From Octopus sinensis (lineage: Eukaryota), in assembly GCF_006345805.1 (NCBI RefSeq), contig NW_021836961.1:1-22473 (forward strand): a stretch of 22,473 nucleotides of DNA, written 5' to 3'. Each line of letters opens with the position of its first letter. The stretch's first letter is position 1. Shown here piece by piece: positions 1 through 9,703 of this stretch. Under the pieces are notes generated by a model. The model did no database searches. It had not been told where the DNA came from and saw only the letters and a list, made by a program, of their open reading frames with translations. The position numbers and the translations under genes were made by a program.

Positions 1-13
1 GCCAACAAAGACG

Positions 14-125
14 ATAACGACGACGACGATGATGATGGTGATGGTGATGGTGATCATGCTGACGATGGTGTTGATGATGATAATGATGATGTCGACGACG
101 ACGATGATGATGATAATGTCATCAA
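14..125. repeat. (GAT/GAC/GGT)n compound trinucleotide microsatellite
   Basis: Directly visible trinucleotide runs. Confidence 0.95.
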
Positions 126-325
126 TGCTGGTTGCTATGGTGATGCTGATGGTTGTTGAGATGATGAAAATATAAGAAAAAGATGGTAGCAGACGACATT
201 GAAGAAAATGGACCCCCACCCCCATATCAGCCCCACTCTCACTTCTCTTGGATTGGAAAAAAAAATGAAGTCCACTAATGGGTGTCTGGCTAAAAAAAAT
301 CAAACAGAGGATGTTAAGACCTGTG

Positions 326-400
326 TAATTATGCAAATTAAGGCCTAATTAACCAATCAGAAGTGGATTGGTTAATTGAATGGAATGAATTAATGAGTCG
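326..400. promoter_or_regulatory. Candidate enhancer-like motif cluster (octamer, TAATTA, inverted CCAAT pair)
   Basis: ATGCAAAT 331-338, TAATTA 326-331 and 346-351, 12-bp inverted repeat AATTAACCAATC/GATTGGTTAATT (347-358/366-377), TTAATGA 390-396. Motifs are seen; function is inferred. Confidence 0.3.
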
Positions 401-460
401 AATGTACACTGGGACAAGCAGACGATAACTGAAAGCTTCATGGTTGAATTGTGTCGTCAG

Positions 461-961
461 GGGAGTAGTAGTGGTATCAGCAGTGGTAGTGGTAGTTGTA
501 ATTGTTGTAGTAGTAGTAGTAACAGTAGAAGTAGTATTAGTAGTAGTAGTATTAGTAATAGTAGTAGTAATAATAATAGTAGTAGCAGTAATAGTAGTAG
601 TAGTAGTAGTAGTAGCAGTGGTACTAGTAGTATCTATGGTAGTAGCAGTTGTAATTGTTGTTGTAGTAGTAACAGTAGTAGTAGTAGTAGTAGCAGCAGC
701 GGCAGTAGTATTAGGAGTAGTAGCAGTAGTAGTAGTAATAGTAGTAGTAATAGTAGTAATAGTAGTAGTAGTTATTGTAGTTGTAATAGTAGTTGCAGTA
801 GTAGTAGTAGTAGTAGTAGTAGTTGTTGTTGTTGTTTCTGTATAGTAGTAGTATTACTTGTAGCAGCAGCAGCAGCAGCAACAACAACAGTAGTTGTTGT
901 GGTAGTAGTAGTAATAGGAGTAGTATTGGTAGAAGTTGTAGTAGTGGTACTAGGTGGTGGA
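461..961. repeat. (GTA/GTT/GCA)n compound microsatellite
   Basis: ~500 bp of AGT-class triplets; explains ORFs 440-964 and 444-845. Confidence 0.95.
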
Positions 962-1412
962 TAACAACGTGGACATTGTCGTAATGGTGGTGGTGGTGGT
1001 GGTGGTAGTGGCGATGGCGCTTCAGATTAGAACCATTGTCATGGCGATGGAAGCAGTTTTCCTTGGTCAACTTGATGCAGCAGACAAGGGCTACGATCAA
1101 AGGCGGTCTGAGAATGACCAAGCCGTCTTCTTTCTTTTTCTTTCTTTCAGGCATACTAAGTGTAACGGAAGCAATGGAATATCATTTGCGCATGCCTTAT
1201 ATAGATTTAGGGGACAGGAATGTTATTCGTCTTAATTTAGTAGTAAAATTTCATTCAGGAAAGGGAAGGTGTTGCATCAAATATGGTCTGCAACGATGAT
1301 ATTGGAAATCGAAACGTCGTTTAGATGTTAACATACAAAAGAAATTGCTAATCTCAGACATCCAGAACTACCTATACATACATACATACGTGCAAGCATA
1401 CATGAATGTGTG

Positions 1413-1465
<53 letters not shown>

Positions 1466-1737
1466 ATGTGTGTGTGTGTGTGTGTGTATAAGGATTAGAG
1501 CGTTGATTTAAATATCGATCTTATCAAGTGGCCAGCATGGGAATCAAAACCTTCAAAGGTAATAATTATTATTAAAATTATAATTTAGGGTATCTAAGAG
1601 ATACCACCACGCTGGAAATAGCAGCCAAAATTTGACTCTAGAACCACATTGAATGTTCATACAGCACCAGGAGAGAAGACAAAAGGACAAAATAAACTAG
1701 CAAAAATTACAGGATAATTCCAGATCCCGGATTTCTG

Positions 1738-1818
1738 GCTTTGCATAAGAAATGCTTTGCAAAGCATTTCTTATGCAAAGCATTTCTTATGCAAAGCATT
1801 TCTTATGCAAAGCATTTC

Positions 1819-1822
<4 letters not shown>
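1738..1822. repeat. 44-bp perfect palindrome continuing as a 4 x 16-bp tandem repeat
   Basis: 1738-1759 is the exact reverse complement of 1760-1781; unit GCAAAGCATTTCTTAT starts at 1759, 1775, 1791 and 1807. Confidence 0.95.
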
Positions 1823-1857
<35 letters not shown>

Positions 1858-1975
1858 ATATCATGAATAACGAAAGCGAAACCGGTCGATATATTAAAAA
1901 TTATATTAAAACTATGTAAAGTGTGTGCATTTTCCTTTTTTAATTTCTTATATATATATTATATATATAATATAT

Positions 1976-2045
<70 letters not shown>

Positions 2046-2369
2046 AGAGAAAGGGTGGAGAGATAGCGATTACCATGCTCCGGAGAGTTAGATGACTACT
2101 GGGGAAATGTTGCGTAGGGAAGACTTGGCGGTGTGCGTCGAAATTCGAGGATGGTCGGTGAATTGGTAATGTTATTCTAAGTAACAGTTGTTGAAAGGTT
2201 AAGTGGTAGCGGTAGTAGTTGTGGTGGTGGTGTTATCCTGTAGATATTTGTTACGAATGTTGCGTATACACATACAATTCTGTATACATATACGTATATA
2301 CATCACACACATCGCATATATGCGCATGCATATTATTACCCGCGGAAATGCCTACATCCTTTATCTCCA

Positions 2370-2405
2370 TCAATCCATCCATCCATCCATCCATCCATCG
2401 ATCCG

Positions 2406-2451
<46 letters not shown>

Positions 2452-2777
2452 AATCTACATACATACACACATACATACATACATACATACATACACACAT
2501 ACATACATACATACATATATATGTGTGTGAATATGTGCGTGTATGTATGTATGTATGCATGTATACATCTATATCTATATATATATCGTATCTAACTATC
2601 GATATCTATCAGAGTACACACATACACACACACACACATATATATATATACACACATACATATATATATATGTATACACCCATACATATATATGTATATA
2701 TATACATACATACATATAGACATACATATACATACATATATATATTATATATATATATACATATATATGTATATATA

Positions 2778-2819
<42 letters not shown>

Positions 2820-2951
2820 CACACATACATATATATATATGTATACACCCATACATATATATGTATATATTACATACATACATATAGACATACATATACA
2901 TACATATATATATTATATATATATATACATATATATGTATATATTATATAT

Positions 2952-2984
<33 letters not shown>

Positions 2985-3020
2985 TACCACACACGTATAT
3001 ATGCATGCATGTATGTATGT
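2370..3020. repeat. Compound (CCAT)(CTAT)(ACAT)(TA) microsatellite with a ~169-bp internal duplication
   Basis: Marker GTATACACCCATAC at 2672 and 2841. Confidence 0.9.
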
Positions 3021-3103
3021 GTGTGCACTGTAAGATGGGATATTACCCATGGGAAGGAAGGAAGGAATGAACGAATAGAGACATAAATGCTGTGAAACCC
3101 ATT

Positions 3104-3179
<76 letters not shown>

Positions 3180-3828
3180 CTTGAAAGCGAACCCTCTTAA
3201 CGCATCAGTCGGTTATTAACCGAATCAGCTGCTCAAGAATGCGTTAAGACAGGCAGATCGGTTTAACCGGTTTACTTAACCCTTAGCAATATTAGCCTTA
3301 TATAAGCAGTATCTATCTCCCTGAACATTTAAAAGTGGTTATTCAGTCAGTGACGAGATCCCAACCGAGAGCTGAAACCAGGCCAGTTGATCTCTATTTT
3401 ATATAAATGTTACATAAAAACATCAAGGCTGTTGTCTCCTCCATCTTTCTCTCCATATCTATCTATCTATCTGTGGTAACATGTAACAATATTGACCGAG
3501 GTTACCGTGGTCTTTTCCGTAGGTTTTTCTTCCCACGGATTAACCTTATCTGCTTCCCCCTTTACACCGTACATCATGACACTGTGATACACGATCCCTA
3601 TTGATCGTTTTTTTCTTTTTCCCCTTTTTTCCTTTTTTCCTCCTTTTTTCTCTTTTCTTTTCTTTTGTTTCTTTCCCTTTTTTTTCTTTTTTTCTTCTTT
3701 CCCCTTTACGATCCCTTTTGATTGAAATCCTACCCCACTTTCTATTTTATTTTTTTTTCCAAAAAAAGAAAAGCTCTACTTTGTAATCTGTCCCGTCTGT
3801 GTGCAGCCCTGTGTGGCTAATAAAGAAA

Positions 3829-3830
3829 CA

Positions 3831-3910
<80 letters not shown>

Positions 3911-3930
3911 CATCTATCTATCTATCTATA

Positions 3931-3967
<37 letters not shown>

Positions 3968-3981
3968 GTCTATCTATTTAT
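3829..3981. repeat. (TATC)n/(GATA)n tetranucleotide array
   Basis: Visible; abuts the 3' end of the minus-strand RTE fragment. Confidence 0.95.
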
Positions 3982-4286
3982 CTAGGGCAGGTAAAATTCC
4001 CAAGATCCATGGACAAGTTCTCTCTAGCGATCTTAGTTCCTCATCATCGCTGCCATGTCCCGTGTCTCCCAGAGACCAGTGGCTGTCCTTAGGGTATCAG
4101 CATATGTCATCCTCGGTCTCTCTCTTCTAGTGTGTCCGTGTAGGGTTTCCCACAGGAGTACTGGATACAGTATCAACTCGGAATGACGGTGAGCATGTCA
4201 AGTTAACCCCAGTCTCTTTTGTGTTATTTTCGAGCTAACTATCAAGAGTTTTCCATACAGCTCCAAGCTTCCATCCTCACACTATA

Positions 4287-4290
<4 letters not shown>
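3982..4290 (-). mobile_element. RTE-clade LINE 3' fragment, decayed
   Basis: Minus-strand translation [81 protein letters not shown] matches the RTE/RTE-X C-terminal pattern (LYG..LP.VS..I..RRLRFAGH...LLW.P.HG.R.RGRP..TY.D.L..DTG); it has in-frame stops. Confidence 0.8.
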
Positions 4291-4353
<63 letters not shown>

Positions 4354-4356
<3 letters not shown>

Positions 4357-4471
4357 AGCGTAGGGTCGAAACGTGAAAAGACTTTTTCTATTCCTGAGCG
4401 CTATACTAATACATCTGTTTGTTTTGTACACCACCTGTCTTCGTCTTTTGTTGTTTTTCGTAAACTTTCCC
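4354..4471 (+). mobile_element. Unclassified short element embedded in (TA)n, possibly a Penelope-like terminus
   Basis: Non-repetitive ~118 bp flanked on both sides by (TA)n, with ...GGTCGAAACG... near the 5' end and a T-rich body. Family assignment is tentative. Confidence 0.35.
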
Positions 4472-4481
4472 TATATATATA

Positions 4482-4712
4482 TATTTCTTTACTACCCACA
4501 AGGGGCTAAACATAGAGGGAACAAACAAGGACAGACAAACGGATTAAGTCGATTAGATCGACCCAGGGCGTAACTGGTACTTAATTTATCGACCCCGAAA
4601 GGATGAAAGGCAAAGTCGACCTCGGCGGAATTTGAACTCAGAACGTAACGGCAGACGAAATATGGCTACGCATTTCGCCCGGCGTGCTAACATTTCTACC
4701 AGCTCGCCGCCC
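4482..4712 (-). mobile_element. SINE-A (tRNA-derived), monomer
   Basis: Reverse complement of the SINE-A consensus seen many times in this window: A-box-like TGGYAGAAWYGTTAG, B-box-like GAGTTCAAATTCC, 3' end ...GTAAAGAAATA; flanked by (TA)n. Confidence 0.92.
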
Positions 4713-4727
4713 TTATATATATATATA

Positions 4728-4828
4728 GGCGCAGGAGTGGCTGTGTGGTAAGTTGCTTGCTTACCAACCACATGGTTCCGAGTTCAGTCCCACTGTGTGA
4801 CACCTTGGGCAAGTGTCTTCTAGTATAG
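4728..4828 (+). mobile_element. SINE-B (tRNA-derived), 5' ~100 bp only
   Basis: GGCGCAGGAGTGGCTGTGTGGTAAG...GTTCAGTCCC...CCTTGGGCAAGTGTCTT matches the full copy at 12656. Confidence 0.9.
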
Positions 4829-4838
4829 AATTATTATT

Positions 4839-6283
4839 AAAAAGATGAACATTTAAAAAGATGGGCTGAACACTTCTGAACAATCTTTATTAAATGAAGA
4901 ATCTACCACAGATCTTGAAGTAATCAACGAAATTCCCGCGTGGCCTATGATTGAAGAATTAGCGGAAGATCTTTCCTTGGAAGAGATAAGTAAAGCTATC
5001 AAAAAACTTTCCAATGGTAAACTCTTGGACAAGACGGTATTCCTATAGAGATGTACAAGCATGGTGGCAAACAACTTATAAGTAAGCGGTGCAAAAAGCA
5101 AGGGTAAGAAGATTGTATGTGCATAGCTGGAATTCAGGAAACGGTCGGCAAGGTTGCTGCGGTAGCTCGTGAATTTGGACTCACTGTCAGAATCAAGAAG
5201 ACTAAAGTGTTTTTCCAACCAAAGCCTGGGGCGGGACATACTCACGACTTAAACGTGATGATAGACATCAAGCTACCCAAATGGGTCAGCTCATTTAAAT
5301 ATCTTGGAAGTACAGTAAACTTTAAAAGTACTCTTCATGACGTAATCAGTGTTAGAATATCTAAGGTTACAAATGCTTTTGGCAAACTTTCGTTTGTGGA
5401 ATGAACATGGCGTTAGTCTGAAAACTAAAATATGTGTATACAAATCTTGTATTTTGAGCACACTTTTGTATGGAGTAGAAGTATGGATTCCCTACTACAG
5501 ACATATAAAGGAACCTGAAACCTTTCACATGTGCTATTTGCGTGACATATGCAACAAGATGGCAAGATAACATATCAAATATGTAATATCAAAATCTTAG
5601 AAAAATGTGATATCTCCAGAATTCAAAGTATCCAGCTGAGGATTCAGTGCAAATGGCTATGACATGTAGTTCGAATGAAAAATGGCTGCATTCCAAAAAT
5701 TCTTGCGTATGGTCCAGAAGCAGCGGGATATCACGGCAAGGGAAGACCTGTCGTTAGGTATAAGGATAAGTTGGAAGGCGTCGAGCTGGCAGAATCGTTA
5801 GCACGCCGGGCGAAATGCGTAGACGTATTTCGTCTGCCGTTACGTTCTGAGTTCAAATTCCGCCGAGGTCGACTTTGCCTTTCATCCTTTCGGGGTCGAT
5901 TAAATAAGTACCAGTTACACACTGGGGTCGGTATAATCGACTTAATACGTTTGTCTGTCCTTGTTTGCCCCCTCTGTGTGTAGCCCCTTGTGGATAGTAA
6001 AGAAATGGGTATAAGGATAAGTTGGAGCGATCACTAAAATCTCTACGGCTTGATATTTTGGGAAAGCCATCGCCTTCATTGATGTGCATGGCATAAAATG
6101 TGTCACGATGCATCCAAACAATTTGAGTTGAAGAAAAAGAACAATAAAAGAACTATATCCTGCAAACAGCAGATACATTTGCCCAATTCTGGGCAAAATC
6201 AAAAAAATCAGTGTCCCCATTGTGACTTCATTACAAGATCCATTCTTGGACTCAAATTACATTCACGCAGCCATCACAAGTAG
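4839..6283 (+). mobile_element. RTE-BovB-type LINE ORF remnant, internally deleted, frameshifted and split by a SINE
   Basis: KDEHLKRWAEHF...EEISKAIKKLSNGK..GQDGIPIEMYKHGG (pre-RT), then FGLTVRIKKTKV..FKYLGS..RISK..AFGKL, TKICVYKSCILSTLLYGVEVW..RHIK..FH, PKILAYG...GRPVVRYKDKLE|RSLK, ending in C2H2 finger CPHC..RSILGLKLHSRSH and stop at 6283. Confidence 0.9.
5776..6007 (+). mobile_element. SINE-A monomer with 19-bp TSD
   Basis: TSD GGTATAAGGATAAGTTGGA at 5757-5775 and 6008-6026. Confidence 0.95.
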
Positions 6284-6398
6284 ATGCAGCTTCTTAGTGG
6301 TTTTTCCTTTCTATTACTCTCTTTAACCTTAAGTCCTCTCCTTCAAACACTCCTACGTTAAAACCGATGGGAGCGACCATATCGTCATTATTATTATT

Positions 6399-6953
6399 GA
6401 GTGAGAGAGCAGTGCATGCCATCAAAGTGACACTGGGGTAAAATATACGAAGCCCAATATACCCATCATGACTACCCGTCTGATAAGGGTACATTAGGCA
6501 CATGCATCACAACCATATGTGCGCGACATGGTGATCTCATATCAAGATAAACAGCGCATGACCTTGCAGGTGGGGCCCAGTTAGAATTTTCTCCAGGTTG
6601 AGTAGCCCATCCCGCTCAAACGGTCCCTGAATAAGGATTGTTTAAGAGTGATGAAAGAACCACCCATGTTTCCAGAGGTGAATTATTCAAACCCCAAAGA
6701 ATCCTTCTCAACACATGTCTATGATGCTCCCCTACTACTTCTGCTCGTGATCAGAGATGCACATATCGTCCGCCACTAAGGGACATGGTCAACTGGTTAC
6801 GGTCAAACAACTGACAAGCAAATCTGAGGTATTGAGCAGAATATTTGCTGTAGCCCATCTTTTATACCAAGACAAAACAATGTACATGATAACACTGCCA
6901 ATCAATTAAGATCAGAAGCCACGAGAGCCACTGCCTGGTACTGCATCAGGGCA
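6399..6953 (-). mobile_element. ~555-bp non-coding interspersed element in (AAT)n, longest copy
   Basis: Clearly homologous, in opposite orientation, to 20562-21024 and 20396-20420; no ORF or TIRs; (ATT)n on both sides. Confidence 0.85.
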
Positions 6954-6957
6954 TTTA

Positions 6958-7035
<78 letters not shown>
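6954..7035. repeat. (TTA)n(TTG)n microsatellite
   Basis: Visible. Confidence 0.95.
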
Positions 7036-7036
<1 letters not shown>

Positions 7037-7527
7037 ACCTGTGTTTGTTTTGATATAAAGATTGAAAAAAAAAATCGACCTTGTTTGTAAAAATATTTTG
7101 GACCTGGCTTTTGCATCCCGCTAAGCAAATCTCGTTTCTGCACTTACGATTCTAGAACATCTTTGGTACCGTTTCCATTTTTTTTTTTTAAAGAAGGAAA
7201 GATATTATTTAAGAGGAATTTGGTGCCTTGTTTTAGCAGATCAAGTGACATTGTAATGACACCGACACAACGAGGTGATGGGTGTTGTCTGGGGTCGACC
7301 GAATTCCGTCTAGTTTTTGCATTCGGAAGAATTGTCCTGTGGAATTATTTTCATTCCAAAGCACCCATCTACCACTCCTCCCCATTCTCCCACTTAATAT
7401 CTCGTTCTCTCTCTTTCTCTCTCTTTTCTCTTTCATTCTGTCTTTCTTTCTCTCTAACCTATCATTTACCATGGTTCGTTCTTTGTTATTTGGTGATTTT
7501 GTTTTTGACGCCAAAATTTTCTACATC

Positions 7528-8130
7528 AGATGATGATGATGGTGGTGGTGATGATGGCAGCGATAGGCATTTTGCCTGTAGCCGCCATCATCACTATTGC
7601 CATCATCATCATCACCCCACCACTACCATCGTCATACCACCACCAACAGCACCTGCACCAGCACTCCAGTACTACCACATACGCCACCATCGCCGTCACC
7701 ACCACAAACGCCGCCACCATCCTGATCATCACAACTGCTACTATCACCACCACCACCACCACCACCACCACACCACCACCACCACCACCACCACAAACGC
7801 CGCCACCACGACCACGACCACGACCACCACCATCACTATCATCTTCGTTAGCAATACTACCACGACCACCACGACCACAATGACCACCACGACCACCACC
7901 ATCACCACCACCACCATCACTGTCATCTTTGTTAGAAATACTACCACGACCACCACCGCCACCACCACTTGTATTATCCCCATCATCGCAACCATCACCA
8001 CCACCACCACCACCGTCATCATCATTACGACTGCTTACATTCTCATTATCACCCCCACCTCCTACCATCACCACCGCTGCCAAGACCCCTACTACCATCA
8101 TTACCATCTACACCATTCCCTCCCGCCATC
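7528..8130. repeat. (ACC/ATC/ACG)n low-complexity tract
   Basis: Visible; source of the poly-T/H/P ORFs. Confidence 0.9.
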
Positions 8131-8482
8131 TTTTACTATTAGCAGCAACCACTGCCAGTTCCTTCTTACTTCCTCGCTAATAAGCTTGGTCCCATGAGGT
8201 GTATTCCCTACCGGAAACGACGCGTTCAATTTCCAGTAACTGGGGTCTCTGTTTAGAAATCGTATCTCGAATAACAACAGCAACCAGATGCCAACAACCT
8301 GGAAGGCCATAGCAGGAGGGGCAAGAATACTTCTCCTCCTACAACACGGGTTATGGTACGAAATTTAACCGATTGCAACATCCATTCCATGTAAACAACT
8401 ATCTTTCCTGCAATTGTAATGTTTGTGGAGTTATTCCAAACAGCTGTGCCGCATGAGACGGATCTAGCTATCGACAGACGCC

Positions 8483-8536
<54 letters not shown>

Positions 8537-8583
8537 TAATAATAATATAATAATAATAATAATAATATAATAATAATAATGAA
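8483..8583. repeat. (AAT)n microsatellite, probable CR1 tail
   Basis: On the minus strand it directly follows the putative CR1 3'UTR. Confidence 0.9.
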
Positions 8584-9260
8584 ATTATGTATACAGTGCT
8601 CAGATGCACCACACTTGTCAGAAAGTGCGTATAAAGTACATGCAGATTAATGTACAAATGTCTGGAAAGCGAACAATGTATGAGTCAGATATATGCTTGT
8701 GTGTGTATGGAGGGGAGAAAATCAGGTGTAGTGTTGGCGAATCTCTGGAAGCATGGAAGTTTTGAAGGATGCACTGCTCCGACAACTAACAACTGATGCC
8801 GGCAGTTTGTTCCATGCTTCAGCAACTCTCAGCGTGAAAAAATGTTTCCGAAAGTCATGGGAGCTGTGCTGTTTTCTGAGTTTGTAAATATGTCCACGGG
8901 TGTTAGACGGGTGGAGTTTGAAAAGGTGCTCAGAGTTATTGTTTGTAAGATGGTTGATAATTTTATGGGTGTCTGCCAAGTCAGCTGCCAGACGTCGGAG
9001 TTTCAATGTGTCCATGTCCAGGGAAGTAAGGCGTTCAGAATATGGCAAATACTTGATGGAGGGTATTCTTTTGGTTGCACGTCGCTGAACGGCTCCCAGA
9101 CGATTGATATCCTGGGCAAGATAGGGGTTCCAGACCGGTGATGCAAACTCCAGGTGAGGTCTTACCATAGCTATATAAAGCCGCAGATAGATAGTCGGAG
9201 AGCGGCTCACAAAGAATTCGGTGAGTGATGCCAAGACACCCTCAGCTCTTGAAGATCTCC
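8584..9260 (-). mobile_element. CR1-clade LINE 3' fragment (ORF2 C-terminus plus 3'UTR)
   Basis: LYIAMVRPHLEFASPVWNPYLAQDINRLGAVQRRATKRIP...YSERLTSL..TLKLRR...TRGHIYKL...RKHFFTLRVAEAWNKLP..SFK is the classic CR1 post-RT region; stop at 8722, then ~140 bp UTR and an (ATT)n tail. Confidence 0.9.
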
Positions 9261-9703
9261 CCGCCACCTTCTTTTGGCCAGAGAGAGCAGACAATCTTCC
9301 TCTGTCTGGTACTTATTGTAAAATGGATATTGTGTAGTGGACACGACTAAAAGGTCTGAAAACAGACACGTTCCTTTCTCCGTCAAGCTTTCATTGACAT
9401 TTTCAAGTTCCACTTGGAAGGGACAGTGAAGGTGGAAGAAGAGGTGTTGTCTCCTACCCAAGTAATTTTGTAAGACGGTGGGTGAGTGTGCTCAGAATGA
9501 CATAAGTGGGTGGACCTACTCTGTGCATGCGTTTGAAAGCTGAAAATTACGGTGAAGAGCAGAACATTTGCCATTGTTTTCCTGGTGAGCAGGTGACTCG
9601 GAGATGGAGGGGCGTTTTATGGTAATCCTTGGTTGCCCTAGAAGTCCTCATGCATTAAGGAGGTCCACATCATCATCACTTTGATAATACTGTGTACAAT
9701 GTA

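Noticed and set aside
416-431. 16-nt exact match AAGCAGACGATAACTG also at 15105-15120
   Set aside because: No extension on either side; one 16-mer match in a 22-kb biased window is plausible by chance.
2050-2150. Faint resemblance to U1 snRNA (GAGATA..CCATG..CTCCGG)
   Set aside because: No ATACTTACCTG 5' end, no Sm site, and only scattered short matches.
4728-4800. tRNA genes at SINE heads
   Set aside because: A/B-box-like motifs only; no cloverleaf, and each continues into a SINE body.
6098-6283. C2H2 zinc finger ORF as a member of the expanded octopus ZNF family
   Set aside because: A single finger collinear with the RTE-BovB ORF end, where such fingers are expected; no TGEKP linkers or finger array.
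8184-8482. Unique segment ending at (AAT)n as another AAT-tailed element
   Set aside because: The tract is already explained as the CR1 tail from the other side, and there is no second copy in the window.
9261-9700. Possible CR1 ORF1 or upstream part joined to the ORF2 fragment
   Set aside because: No frame gives a recognisable motif; left unassigned pending blastx.
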